NCBI GenBank assembly: GCA_002269645.1
Contig: NIVC01001476.1
Location: 1-64,000 of the forward strand
DNA length: 64,000 bases
Source: Macrostomum lignano
Lineage: Eukaryota
Direction: 5' to 3'
Positions 34,670 to 51,811 of the stretch are shown here, piece after piece; position 1 is the first letter of the stretch, and every line of letters starts with the position of its first letter. Under the pieces are notes generated by a model. That model was not told the origin of the DNA. It saw only the letters and a list, made by a program, of their open reading frames with translations, and did no database searches. A program made the position numbers and the translations under genes.

Positions 34670-35075
34670 TGGGGCTGTGTCCTCGATTCTAGCTTGTTGG
34701 GTGTTTAGGGCTGTGTTCTCGACTCTTGTTGGTTGTTCAGGGCTGTGTTCTCGACTCTTGTGGGTGTTCAGGACTGTGTTCTCGACTCCTGTGGGTGTTC
34801 AGGACTGTGTTCTCGACTCTTGTGGGTGTTCAGGACTGTGTTCTCGACTCCTGTGGGTGTTCAGGACTGTGTTCTCGACTCTTGTGGGTGTTCAGGACTG
34901 TGTTCTCGACTCTTGTGGGTGTTCAGGACTGTGTTCTCGACTCCTGTGGGTGTTCAGGACTGTGTTCTCGACTCTTGTGGGTGTTCAGGACTGTGTTCCC
35001 GACTCTTGTGGGTGTTCAGGACTGTGTTCTCGACTCCTGTGGGTGTTCAGGACTGTGTTCTCACTACTCTGGGTG
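34670..35075. repeat. 31-nt minisatellite (ggactgtgttctcgactcttgtgggtgttca)
   Basis: Period of 31 nt; explains the overlapping repetitive ORFs. Confidence 0.95.
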
Positions 35076-36886
35076 CTCAGGCCTGTGTTTAGATGTGTCA
35101 TGAAGTGCTTCGACAAGCTCCCATACGTTTTGCAGGCAAGCACAGGTACATGCAGCTAGGATTAAAAAGTTACTGGACTAGCACAGTTTTATCACATATC
35201 GCTTGTAGTTCAGCTGCGATCCAAGTCACTTTCACGTTCACTTTGATTTTTAATGTATCAAAAAACAAATAGCGCTCAGTGCTCATTGGCGCCCATGGCA
35301 TAAGGGCTTTGTTGTGCTTGCTTGAGATGCTTATTTTCAAACCCAACTGCCTATTCTCTATCTCATGATGCAACATGATGGCGCGACTACAAGGCGCGCA
35401 AAAGTTACGATTTTATTTTTTTACAAGTCAAATTGCCAATTTTCATAGAAATATATTAATGCAAACAATATAAGCACTATTCAACGTTTACAATATCAAG
35501 ACGACTTTGTGTTTAACAGATCTAATCTACGATCCAGCAAGTCACCGAGCTTGTGACTGTGAGTGAATGCGCGGGCGCTTAAAGAAATTTTAAATCGAGT
35601 TAACAAAAAGCCGAGTTTTTTTCTCAAACTACATTGTTTTATTCAGTACGCTTACTTACGCGTGTGTAGCATTTGTAAGTAGTATATCAACAACAATTCT
35701 AGCCGCAAAAGAGAAAGAATTCACGCTTTATATCAAAGCATAGTCAACCAGAATACAATGTTAGCTAAGAAAACGTGTAATTATAACGAAGCTTATAATT
35801 AATTAACCTGTGTGCCGCGTCAACTCGATCAGGCTATCAATAATCAGGCTTAAATAAGTAGAGCAGATGGGATTAGCAATAATTGATCACATACATATAG
35901 AGGGATTAACAGAAGCTCGCTAGAGATTAGGAGATTCTCATTTTATCATCATAAAACTTTGCATAAAACAGTTTAGCAGAGTAACAATTAGCGTCAATTA
36001 CGTTAACAATCAAGTTTAAATAAATGATAAATATCTACACAGGAGGGTACAAAGCGGGAGTGAATTCATTATTATAAGAAATGATAATGTTAAACAATTA
36101 GAAGCAAGCGATGGCATGCGTCCTGTAAAATGTTTTAGACCGAATCAGTTTTTGGACTTAGCGTAGTATATTTCAATAATGATACAAACAATGGGCACAA
36201 AGCAGAGAACTGGAAAATTGAAAAAGCGGATGTCTACTACAGCTACTAACAGTAGTCGGGCTGAGAGTTTCTCCTGAGAGAAGCCCCCCATAATTAGCAT
36301 CGATTGGCTACTGAAGATTCCTTAATTCCTTAGTTCTAGTTCTAGAGTGAACCAAAGAGTCCTCTATGCAAGCTTCGCTCCTCAGTTAAACTGACACGGG
36401 AGATCTCGCATTGGCAAACAAAGCTTGAAACTTTATTCAAGCAAAAGAAGTCTTTTTCACTCTATCCAAAAAACGACGCCGTCAGGTTTAAAAAAAGATT
36501 TCTAGGATCGCCGATAGTTCTTGGTTCGAGAGTACTGCTCGAAGTACATCAGTGTTAGTCTATTTCATCAATGCAATAGGTTGAACATGTCCAGGGCGGT
36601 GTGTGTGCACTGCAGCTTAAACAGTTTTTACCATAGACAACTAAGGGACCTTTAGTAGCCAATCAATGCAAACGGGGGCATCGCGGAGCAAAATTACACC
36701 ATGATTTCGTCTATGGCCTAAACCAACAGCATAACTGATGCCCGCAACTGCTATGGCCTAGACGCCAAACATGTACATGAACACTGTTTTTATATTCCTT
36801 CACCCGTGCCTATCGCACACTCCCATAAAGTTAAAAAGTCACGTGACCCACATCGAACCAAGCAAAAATTCTAAATTAATGTAGCT

Positions 36887-39289
<2,403 letters not shown>

Positions 39290-39456
39290 ACTGCTGGACG
39301 TGCTGTATGAGTGCGAAGACCACGCCAGCTTTGCTGAATTGAATGCAGTCGGGTTAGAAGTTTAAGCATCATTGACTTTAGTCATTCTTGGACTTAAATT
39401 TATCTTAGCCTCAATTTTGTTTGAAATCCATTCTGGGTTTTTAAGCATCAAAATCA

Positions 39457-40302
39457 CAAGGACCACTAGAAGAAGGACGGGACACTTCGTTTCTTGGAAA
39501 ATTTATTAAAGGCTGATTTTCACTGAAAAATGCACTACCGAGATAGGAACTTTTCACTTTTTTCACTTTAAAATGGTGATAGCTTTTTATTGGAAGCAGA
39601 TACAAAGCTCTTTTTTTGATATAACTTACAAAACATGTTGCTTCAATGGATTTTATAAAGATTTTTTTACAATCAATTGATCTTCATATTCTTTTATTTT
39701 AGTTACTAGCTATATCATGCAGCAATTATAGTTTAAAGCTAACTAGTGACTAACTTGAATTTTACAATATCTTTTTAATTGAATGCATCTATTTATTAGC
39801 AATATATCATTAAAAACAGTTGGCTATAATTATATGCCCAATTCACTGCTTATTCATTTAAGTTTTATACTTATCATATAAAATAAGTATTTAATTATGT
39901 AGCTATACCTTAGCTATACTAGCTATGCATATAATTATAGCCAACTGTTTTTAATGATATATTGCTAATAAATAGATGCATTTAATTAAAAAGATATTGT
40001 AAAATTCAAGTTAGTCACTAGTTAGCTTTAAACTATAATTGCTACACGATATAGCTAGTAACTAAAAGAATATGAAGATCAATTAATTGTAAAAAATCTT
40101 TATAAAATCCATTGAAGCAACATGTTTTGTAAGTTATATCAAAAGAAGAGCTTTGTATCTGCTTCCAATAAAAAGCTATCACCATTTTAAAGTAAAAAGT
40201 TAAAAGTTCCTATCTCACTAGTGCATTTTTCAGTGAAAATCAGCCTTTAATAAATTTTCCAAGAAACGAAGTGTCCCATCCTTCTTCTTCTAGTGGTCCT
40301 TG
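39457..40302. mobile_element. Foldback element: ~380-bp inverted arms, ~90-bp spacer, 8-bp TSD
   Basis: Arms 39457-39837 and 39927-40302 are near-perfect reverse complements, start with CAAGG and are flanked by caaaatca on both sides. Confidence 0.9.
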
Positions 40303-43300
40303 CAAAATCACTGTTGCAATCCTAAGTCCAAAATTAGGATGCCAACTGGGCATCTATCAAAAAGGTCAAAATCAAATAAATATCAACATCTCTACCCTAC
40401 CCTTTAACATTGGAGAAGTCTGCAGACTCCATGTTGATGCTTCAAATGAAATATGAATTAAAGAAAATTAATGGAACTTTAATCTAAATACTATCTAGCT
40501 TGGTTTAAACAAGGCAATAATTAGGAATCTGGGATCAAAATTTTGGGCGCCAAAATTAAAGTGGATATGATAATCATTCGTGGAAATGAAAATACCAATA
40601 CCAATACCAAAAGAAGATAGAAGAAAGATACTTTAATTAAAGAATAAAAAGCTCTGGGTCTAAAATTCCAAATGATGAGCTACAACTAAAATAAAGTTAG
40701 TAGGCTAAGAAGCCTAAATATGACAACTAGTTTATACATATTCTAGCATAAACTGCAATAGACCAAGGGTAGACCTAGACTTTAGTTACAAAATTGGTAA
40801 CTTTTTAAATTATTTTTCCTTTGATATTATAATTTTGATTAAAACTATAAGCAAAACTTGTAACATCATTGATATATTTCATTATTTAAATAATAAGCTT
40901 TCTTAAAGGGGATGCTTTGAATAGCCTTTATGTATAGTTGATGCAATTACATCAAATGAGACTTTAAAAAAGAGACTAAGCCAATTAGATTAACAAAATA
41001 AATAGGACTACTTTAGTTTGCTTAACAAAAAATGCAAAAGTATTTACTTTTATTAGATTAGGCTACTTTTTTAACATAAATGGATCTTAGTCATTTTGTC
41101 AATTGGAAAGATTAGAAAAGAATGTTTTATAGTTGATTGCTTTATTAATTGCAAATATAAGATCCAAATGACTAGACTAGAGTTCTGCCATAACCAAATT
41201 TTTCCTATATCTATATCCATAGCTGTATTTTGAAAATTTTCCTGTAGCCTATCCATATCCATATTTGTAGCTAATAAACTTTCTGTAACTATTGTACAAT
41301 GCCAAGACCTGGACCCTAATGGACACATCATAGAGGCAGCTAGATACTGCACATATGGCCATGCTATATGTGGCATTTGGAATGTGCAGCAATTTTGTAT
41401 TGAAAGTTAAATATCTTAACTTTAACCCTTCACTCCTATTCCAAACTCAATATGCATATAGTGTCAAACATATATGTCTTTGTTGTTTGAATTCCCCATT
41501 CTAAGGACTTAGGAGCTTTTCTCATATTGAAAGTGAAAATATTCATCCTAAATTTAGCCCTCAACATCCCAACCCCATCCTAGTCCCTGACCATAGAGAC
41601 TTAAAAGCTTCCTTTGAAAGTGAAAAAAATCATCTTGACTTTAGGCTACCACCCAATCCCAATATATACATGGTATTAAAACTCTATTGCTAAGTTTCAA
41701 AATATATGCAGGGACTTAGAGCTCTCCTTGGAATGTGAAAACATTAACATTAACTATTAACTTAAGCCTTTACCACCCAACTACAATATGGACATAACAT
41801 TGACAATCTATGTTAATGCTTGAGTCATAAATTCTAGGGACTTATGAGTTCCTCCTACTTTGAAACTGCCAACATTCATTTATTTTTACTACTGTAACCT
41901 TATCAAATCAATAGGTCTAATGGTCTTTTAATTCTCAATTGAGTGATATTACTAGGCCCTAGATATAAGAACTAGATATTAAGCAATATGTGTTCCCATA
42001 ACTATATATATATTTATTATTTGTATGCTTTGCCATTTATAATTTGTATTTTTTATTATTTGTAAGCCATAGCCATATCTATACATGCCTAACATCTATC
42101 CAACCTGTCTAAACTAGGTGGGTGAAATGGCTACCAGCCAAGGTAAGTTGCAAAATTAAAAATGCAAAAAACAAAAATTGGAAAAAGAAAAAAGAAGAGG
42201 AAGAAAAAAAGAAAAGAAAGGAAAGAGAAGAGAGAGAAGGGAAAGAAAAGAGAAAAAGAAAGAGAAAAGAGAAAAAGGCAAGAAAAGTCATATACAAAGT
42301 AAAAATTAAGTCACAATTGGGGGAACTAAATCGCAATTTAGAGAAACCAAGTTGCACCAGACAGGTGAAATTTTGAGGTTGGGCATGTATGACTATATCT
42401 ATAGCTATGGCAGAACTCTCTCTCGACTAGATATTTTGTTAACTTACTAATGCTCAGTGTTTGGCATGGGGGATATGCAGTTTTTGCGCCTTGTGTAAAT
42501 TTTTGCATCTGAGTTCTCTACTATAAAACCTAGCATAGGTTGCAGTGGCAGAACCAGGAGCTTAACTTGAAAAGTCCAAGCGCCAAATGACTTTATAGGT
42601 AGACATTTTTAATGACTTTAAGGGGTTCGTATGCCTATAAAAACGGCTTTTCTGGGGTGAATGGGAGTCTCTAGCCAGCAAAGAACCCTCCTTTACATTT
42701 GCTACTACCTAGGTATATATCCAATATATATACTTCTAACATAATGATTGAATTCGCAAACATCAACATAAATTTGGCTGCAATTTGCTTGCAGATCATG
42801 ACTAAGAAACTAAGAAATACCATTAATACAAAGATTTGAGATCCACTCTATTAGAAAGTATAACCCAGAACTTATAGTCAGGTAGAACAAGGCAGCAAAA
42901 CATATTGTGTATATAGGCAAAAAGGAAATTATACTTCCAAATTTGCGCCCCTGATGGGCAAGGAAATTTGGGCCATATATTTAGAATTTGTGCAATTGCG
43001 CCTGTGATAATCAAATTTATGCCAGGCGCAAATTTGTGCCTGACTTTGAATATTGCTAATGTTAGGGGGCCTATATATAAAAAGAAATATAATTATATAA
43101 TGCAAGTTAGGACTTAAGACATTGCTATATTATAAATAGAATTAGGCCTATAAAACCCTTAAAAGAAATTGTAAAAAGGCCTATGCTTCTATAAAAGGCC
43201 AGTTAATGACTAGTGACCATATTTTTATATATTTAGTTTTCAAATCAAAGGATATTAGCAATATTTTATCTTTGTATAAGTGTTTTTATTATGATTTATG

Positions 43301-46300
43301 ACACACACAAGGGCAGATTTGGGGGGGGGGGTTTGGTCATAGGTTTATGGTGTCTTACTACTAAGTTGATATGGTGCCTATTGTCTACCACTTTCAAGAT
43401 TGGTTACAAGTGAAGTGGTGACCAATGTACCTTTGTAACGCCATGCTAGCTTAGTCTATCTAAGCAACTTGTTTTAAGGCTTATGTTTAATTTATGGGTT
43501 TTGTTAAAGTAAAACTTTAATTTTTTTGAATTTATTTAATTTAGAAATAGTTTCAAGAACTTAAATTTAGCAAGCTTAAAGTTTATAAGTTTAAAAAATA
43601 AAGATCACTAGTGGCCTATATCTAGGTAAAGGTCATCTATAGTTAATACAAGCTTCTATTCTTCTTTATTTGCTCATCTCTAATCTTTTATTCCCTCTCT
43701 TATAAGGTAAGAAAATTTACAGACATTTCTGCTAAAGATAAGAAGGGAGAAGAGGGGATTGAGGAGAGAGAAGAGAAAAAGGAGGTAGGAAAAGAGGGGA
43801 AATGGGGAGAGAAGGGGAAGAAAGAGAAGAGAGGGGAAAAAGGAATAGGGAGAAAAGAAAGGAGAGAAATGAGGGAAAAGATGAGCAAACAATAATTATA
43901 AAACCTGCAGAATTGATTTTGAGATAGAAATATTTTCAAACTAACACTCCATGCTAAGATGATTTCAAAATTCAAAATTGCATATTTTTAACCCTAACAT
44001 TCTTAGAAAAATGAGATATAGTATCTAATTCCATGCCTTAAATAGCATTTGCCTTAAATATTTGTATTTAATATTATTTATTAGGCCTAGCCTAATGCAC
44101 TCCTTAGAAAATTGTGAGTCTATTAGGCCCCTAATCCAAGTCCTATCTTTTTATAACTATAGGCCTAACTTACCGTTTGGGAGTCCATAGTAAATCTATG
44201 AATGCATAGACACATTAGACAGACACACAGAGTTTTATAAAATTTGATTCTGATAATTTAAAACTTTGCTTTTGGTAGGCCTAATGTTAGGTCTCTGTTT
44301 ATTAGATCATATTTATATATATAAATAAGTATATAGGGCTTAACATCCTATTTTATTGGTAAAAGCATATGCAGTATAATAGTGATATATAATATAGAGG
44401 AATAGGGTCATAAATATGAATTGGAATTGCATGGAATAGGATGCAGGGTAAAGGTATAAACAATTTGCAAAGCAGTAAATCATTGTTAGGATAAGTAGAA
44501 TGTGCATTTTGTGTTAGAATTTATAAGTAGCACTATAGCAGGTAAGCAGGGAATATATAAATATATACAGACAATGGAGTTTAAGTTCGGAGTACAATAA
44601 ATAGGATTTTTTATATTGCACACTATGAATGTTTATTTAATACCATTTTTCAAGTATCAGCTCTATCACTATCAAATGGAACAAAGTCTATTAGGCCCCT
44701 ACTGATAGGCCTACTGATAGAGTTTGACTAAGCATTTTAACTAGGCCTATCAATGAGTTTATTTCTAAGTTTAATAAAAATTATTTTATTGAATGACATA
44801 GGCCTAACAAATACAAATAGCAGTATATATTGATAGGTCGTAGGTGTTATGTAGTCATGTTAATTACTTTCCAAATCCTGACTTGGCTTCTCTGATGCCT
44901 CCACTTCTTCTGTGTGCTGACTTGCCTCTCCTTTGCCACTGACACTGCTCAAGTTTTTGTTGCTGTCCATGCTACTCAGGTCTACTGAATTTAGAAGGCT
45001 GCCGCTGTTATTGAATTCCTCTTGCAATTTTTCAAGGTCAGTCTGCTTTTCTTTAAGTCATTTCTTTAGTGTCCTGTTTTCCTCCTTGACATTGTTCAGT
45101 TGTCGCTTAAATGTCTGTCTCTCGTTCTATTTATTTCTATTAGCAGCCTTATTAGCAGCCTATCTTTGTTCTCTCTCAGTCTCTGCGCTGTTGTTTCTGC
45201 ATTTCGAGCAGCTGACATTCTGGTTTTTAGGAGAGGAGTTCTGGTTCTGGAATCGACTGCCGTGAAGAGGCTCCTAGATGATCATTATCGCCCTAGAAGT
45301 TCTATAAATTTTATTTTAAAATTTAAAATTTAAAATTAGGCCTAAACAATTTTGTACATTTAAACTGTAAGTGCTAGATAAAATAGATAAAACAGCTAGG
45401 TAAAACTTTTGACAGGTTCATCGAAGAGCCTCTTCACGGCAAATCGATTCTTGAACCAGAATCGGTTCGGATTTCCAAGAAAAAAAAACAGTATAACTAT
45501 TTAACTTTGTTGAATGTTTGACTGCCTTAACAGCCTCACTTTGCACAATTTCTCACTTTCTTCTTGGCTATTGCCATTCAATAATCACAGTTTTAAAGCA
45601 CTAATATCCCTCTAGTTTAGGAGACAAAAAGTTATAGGCCTACTTTACAATATTGGTTTTGGTTCTAAAACCAGAAGAAGCAATATGAAGAGCCTCGAAC
45701 AGATTAGGTTGGCCTGAAGAAAGAGGATTACGAATGAAAAAAAAATTCAGCAAAAATTATATATTCATGCATTAAATAAGAACAGTTAGTTAAGCCACGC
45801 GGTTTTAAATTATAAAATTTCATTTGAAAATTTTTGAAATTTTTAATTTTCAAATTTGAAATCAAGTTGCAAATTTGAAAGTTTGCAACTAAAAATTATG
45901 AGATTTGATGAAAATCATCTTCAGTTATTGCTGGATTTTTATTTATTTTCATGTTGCTTAATTACACGTTTAGTAAGGCTATATAATGTTCAACTCAGCG
46001 TGAAAGTCTCTAAGCCTTTTCTTTTTAACAATTCCAGAACCAGAATCCATTTTAAGCTTTTCATATGGCCTGTTCGGTTTTCAGAACCGGTTCCAGAAGC
46101 GTGTTTTGGTTCTGGAATTTGGATTGAGAAATTTTCTTGATCCGTTATCATGTTCACACTTTATTCTTTAACAGTAGAATATATTTGAAATTGTTAATTT
46201 TTATTATTATCAACATATTAATACTCTGTTGTTTGTCTTATCCAAGACAAAGCAAAGTTAGGGCCTAGGCCCCCCTAAGGAAAGACAAATTTAGGTTTTA

Positions 46301-46935
46301 AAATACTAGGCCTAACAAACATAAAATGGGTTCGAAGCTTTTTATTTTCCTACCAATTTTGGTTCTGGAATCGGAATTAGGCCTACTCTTGTTCTGGAAC
46401 CAATCTTTATAAAAAAAGCCTAATTGAAGTCCTATGGATGTTATATTTATAACACCTTCTTCTGGTTATAATGCAAAGCAGAGCCTATGAGTGTAGTAAA
46501 ATATTTTTGACCAACCTTTTATATTAAATATATTTTAAGTTTTGATAAAATTTTTAGTTTTTTACTTTTTTAATAGGCTAGGGCCTAGTTTTGCTGTGCC
46601 TATTAGGTAACAACTTTTAGGCCTATAGGCCTACTATCTACTTTTTAATCTTAGGCCCTATCTATCTGGTACTGGCAAAAACTGGCAAAAATAGGCTTAT
46701 TCTTCTTTAATACTTTTGTCTATTATAGGCCTAAAACTGATTTCTGCAGGTAGCCTATTGTTGCAAAGGATCTGGCTAGGCCTATTTTAGTATTTGGACT
46801 ACTTTTTTTAGGCATGGCGTCCATGTCTATAAGTATGGAGCTTATAGGCAGGCATTGCAGCTATGTCTATAATATTAAAGCTTATAAGCATAGTAGCTAT
46901 GTCTATAATATTTGAGCTTATAGGCACAGCTATTA

Positions 46936-48964
46936 TCTCTACCTATAAAAACCAAAACTCTGTCTGTCTGTGGACAAATTACTTCGCTATGGACTCCCAA
47001 ACCGCTCAACCAAATGACACCAAACTTTACACCCACCCTAAACTTACTACGGAAAATGTCTTAGGCTACCTTTAAATTTCCTAGACTCAAGTCTTCCTAC
47101 CTAAAAGTACAAAAAACTGCTCAAAATGTGCAATTTTTTCACTTAATCCTCCATAGTGCCGTTCCACTTTTACCGATTCTCTTCAAATTTGACACAATCA
47201 ATCTTCAACTATTTTGGAACAATCATGTAAAATTTCAAGTCTCAAAGTTAATCCTGAATGGCGCTGTGTACTTTTAAAGTTAGGCTGCTTTTTTCAGCAA
47301 GGCAGCCACCCCAACCTCCGCCCGCCTGCCTCTCTTTCCCGATCCCAATCTGGGCCCTGATGTGTAAAAGGTTTTCAAAATTGACTAACTTTCAGCTGCC
47401 ATAAGTTTGCTCCAAATAAAGCGATTGACTTTAAACTTGACACAATTCTTCATTGACTCATTCTCTGTCTACATGTAAAGTTTCAACTCTGTAACTCAAC
47501 CGAAAAAGAAACTGTAAGCATGTAAAGTTTGTCTGCTTTTTCTGTTGTTTGTGCCACTCACTCACTTATTCTCCCAGAGCCAGACAAAGGGTCAGGCGAT
47601 AGGGCTAAATGTACATAGCAAATGTACAGTGTTTTGGAATAACTTTTTAATAGCCTTCTCTGCACCCCGAGAGTGGAGAGGCTACGTTTAGCCATAACAG
47701 TTTAGTGAGAAATTCTAACCACTGCCCTCCCCTCTGTATAGGCAAACTCTGTAGCAGTTTAACAGTGGATGGCAATTGGCAAATCGAGGGAATCCAGCAT
47801 TGTTTGTAAAAGCGAAAGATTTATGAAAAGGCGATGCGATGCAATGCAATACAACCTTACTAAATTAGGCACACCAGACAGCATGGAAATTTTAAGTTTC
47901 TCTTAAAAGTACTTTAAAATTTAAATGGCCTCCTAAGAAATGCATATTTCCTTGGTTGTTAGACTGATGCAGACTGCAGTGGAGCTGAAGATACACAAAT
48001 TCCTTTCAGGGCTGCAAATTGGCAAGAAAAATGACGTGATCAAAGCATGAGAATAACGATAAGAGTAGTACGTCCCACAAACTGGCTTTCGAAGCAGGGA
48101 TTGGCAGACTTTTATTTCAAAAGCCAGATAAAGAATCCAGCTTATGTGCGGGCCAGATGAGAGTGGAAAGGAGAAGGAATAGACTATTCGAAGAGAGGAG
48201 AGGCGAGAGGGGGATAAGAGAAAACATGGATGATAAGAGGAGAGACAAGTGGTGAGGAGAGAGCAGAGAAGAAGGGAGGAAGAAGCGAGAGGAGGGGAGA
48301 AAGGAGGGAGAGGAAAGAGTAAAGGTGAGAAGAGGTGAGAGATGAGACAGAGGATCAATGAGAGGAGAGTAAAGAAGAGTGAGAAGAGAGTAGAGATGAG
48401 AGAGGAGAAAGATGACAGAGAGTCAAGAGGAGAGGAGAGAGTAGAAAGGATAGAGAAGAGAAGAGATAAGAGGGGGAGAGAGGAGTGAGAAGAGAAGAGA
48501 TAGAGATAAGAGAGGGGTGTAAGAAGAGGGGAGAAAGGAGAGATGAGATTGTAGAGATGAGACAAATGAAAAAAGAGATGAGAGAGTAAAGATGAGAGAT
48601 GAAAAAGGTGAGAGGAGAGTGCAGAGAGACGAGAGAAGATAATAGAGGAGAGAGAGAGTATAGAAGAGGGAAGAGAAAAGAAGAGAAGAGTAAGGAAAGA
48701 GAGGAGTCAGAAGAGGTGAAAGAGAAGAGTACAGAGGAGATAAGTGAGAGAACGTATAAGAGAGTAAAGATGACAGATGAGAGAGCAGAGATGAGGGTAA
48801 ACAGACGAGAGATGGGAGAGTAGAGAGAACAGAGGAGAGAGAAGAGATTACAGAGACTAGAGGAGAGAGGAGAGACAGGGAGGGAGAAGAGGAAATAGGA
48901 GAATGAAGAGGGGAGAGAGTAGAGAGGAGAAGAGAGATGGGAGAAGAGAGATAAGAGAGAGAGA

Positions 48965-49011
<47 letters not shown>

Positions 49012-49777
49012 CGCAGAGCAGAGAGAAAAGATAAAAGAATGGAAAGGAGAGATGAGAGAGTAGAGGAGAGAGTTGAGAGATGAGAGAAAAGAATAGAGAG
49101 GAGAAGGAAGAGACGAGAGAAGAGGGGGAGAGAGGAGAGAGGAGAGGAGAGAGAAAACGAAAAAGTAGAGAGGAGGGAGGAGAGGAGAGAGAAAAGAAGA
49201 GGGAATTGAGATGAGATAAGAGATATGAAAGAGAAGAAAGATGAGGGAGGATACAAAAGAAGATGGGAGAGAGGAGAGAGGAGAGGAGAGGAGAGAGAAA
49301 ACGAAAGAGGAGAGAGGAGAGAGGAGAGCAGAGAGAAAACAAAAAGTAGAAAGCAGAGAGGAGAGGAGAGAGAGAAAAGAATAGGGAAGAGATGAGGGAA
49401 GATATGAGAGAAGAGAAGAGAGAAGAGAGAGGAGAGACGAGGGACAAGAGAGAAGAAAGGAAACAGAAGAGACGATAGAAATTTTAAAAGATCCAAGGGA
49501 CATAGGGAGAGTCAGGGAGAGGCCAGAGTTTGCCAATACATGTTTTAGAGTCAGACAGACATTGCCTGACATTCTGCGCAGTACCCCAGCCAACAATATC
49601 AACGTTTGCCTCAAACCCTAATTTTACACGAATGTGCTCCACTTTATGTCTACCTCTATCCTACTAACTATTAACAAGTTTTTGTTTGTGTATGGCCTTA
49701 GATTTCAGAATACATGCAAAAGTAGTTCTGGGTATTGGAATTCCCCGGGTTCAAAATCCGCGGGTTTCAACAGCTTG
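46936..49777 (+). mobile_element. Non-autonomous Helitron-like element, copy 1 (contains a long AG-rich tract)
   Basis: A|TC 5' end with TATAAAAA..CTGTCTGTCTGT; 3' GC-rich palindromic ccccgggt..ccgcggg then ACAGCTTG|T. Confidence 0.75.
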
Positions 49778-51717
49778 TCTCTAACTATAAAAATGAAAAC
49801 TCTGTGTGTCTGTGGACAATTTTGATCGCTATGGACTCCCAAACCGCTCAACCAAATTACACCAAACTGTACACCCACCCTAAACTTACTACAGAGAATG
49901 TCTTAGGCTACCTTTTAACTTCCTAGACTCAAGTCTTCCTACCTAAAAGTACAAAAAACTGCTCAAAATGCGCGATTTTTTCACTAAATCCTCCATAGCG
50001 CCACTCCACTTCTACCGATTCTCTTCAAATTTGATACAATCAATCTTCAACTATTTTGACACAATTGTGTAAAATTTCGAGTCTCAAAGTTGATCCCAAA
50101 CGGCATTGTGCACTTTTAAAATTTGGCTGTTTTTTTCAGCGAGGCAGCCACCCCAACCTCCGCCCGCCTGCCTCTCTTTCCCGATCCCAATCTGGGCCCT
50201 GATGTGTAAAAGGTTTTCAAAATTGACTAACTTTCAGCTGCCATAAGTTTTCTCCACGTAAAGCGATTGACTTCAAACTTGACACAATTCTTCATTGACC
50301 CATTCTCTATCTAAATGTAAAGTTTCAACTCTGTAACTCAACCGAAAAAGAAACTGTAAGCATGTGAAGTTTGTCTGCTTTTTCTATTGTTTGTGCCACT
50401 CACTCACTCATTTCCCCAGAGCCGGACCAAGGGTCAGGCGATAGGACTGAATGTACATAGCAAATGTACAGTGTTTTGGAATAACTTTTTAATAGCCTTC
50501 TCTGCACCCTGAGAGTGGAGAGGCTACATTTAGCCATAAAAGTTTAGTGAGAAATTCTAACCACTGCCCTCCCCTCTGAATTGGCAAACTCTATAGCAGT
50601 TTAACACTGGGTGGCAATTGGCAAATCGAGGGAATCCAGCATGGTTTGTAAAAGCGAAAGATTTATGAAAAGGCGATGCGATGCAATGCAATACAACCCT
50701 ACTAAATTAGGCACACCATGGAAATTTTAGGTTTCTTTTAAAGGTACTGTGTAAATTTTAAATGGCCTCCTAAGAAATGCGTATTTCCTTGGTTGTTAGA
50801 CTGATGCAGACTGCAGTGGAGCTGAAGATACACAAATTCCTTTCAGGGCTGCAGCCTGCAAATTGGCAAGAAAGATGACGTGATCAAAGCATGATAACGA
50901 CCATGAGAGTACTACGTCCCACAAACTGGCTTTCCAAGCAGGGATAGGCAGACTTTTACCTCAAAGGCCAGATAAAGAATCCAGCATTCCAGCTCATAGC
51001 TGAGGGGCAGATGAAAGTGGAAAGAAGAAGGAATAGACGATTCAAAGAGAGGAGAGGCGACAGGGGATAAAAGAAAAGATAAAAGATAATAGGAAAGATG
51101 AGGGGGTGAGGACGATGAGAGAGAGGGGAGAAGAGGGGAGAGAGGAAAAGTGAGAGGAGAGAGCAGAGATGAGAGAGCTGCAGATGAGAGGAGAAAAGAG
51201 ACAGCAGAGAGGAGAGCAGAGAGGAAACAGGTGAAAGAAGAGATGAGAGAGTAAAGGGAAGAGAGAAGAGATAAAGATACATCTCTACATCTCTAAAGTT
51301 GTAGAGATGAGAGAGGTGGAAGGAGAGATGAGAAATGAGAGATGAGAGATAACGGAGAGAGGAGAGTGGAGTGAGAAAAGAGAGGGAGACAGAATATAGA
51401 AAAGGGAAGAGAAGAGAAAAGAAGAAAGGAGAAAGGAAAGTGAGGAGTCAAAAGAGGGGAAAGAAAAGAGTACAGAGGAGAGAAGTGAGAGAACATATAA
51501 GACGGAAATGCCAGATTAAAGAGGGGGATGAGAGGGCAGAGACAAGAGTGAGCAGATAAAAGATGGGAGAGTAGAGAGAACAGAGGAGATGTTACAGAGA
51601 CAAGAGTAGAGAGGAGAGACAAAGGTAGAGAAATGAGTGAGAAGAGGGGAGAGGAAAGGGGAGAATGGAGAAGGGAGAGAGTAGAGAGAGGAGGAGAGAT
51701 AAGAGAGAAAGACAGAG

Positions 51718-51811
<94 letters not shown>

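Noticed and set aside
34665-35159. Three overlapping Cys-rich repetitive ORFs
   Set aside because: Translations of the 31-nt minisatellite.
42109-43975. Lys/Glu-rich and Phe/Ser-rich short ORFs
   Set aside because: Purine/pyrimidine low-complexity tracts with no coding evidence.
44880-45225. Coiled-coil-like coding remnant on the minus strand
   Set aside because: It has an in-frame stop or frameshift and no recognisable family, so it cannot be supported as a gene.
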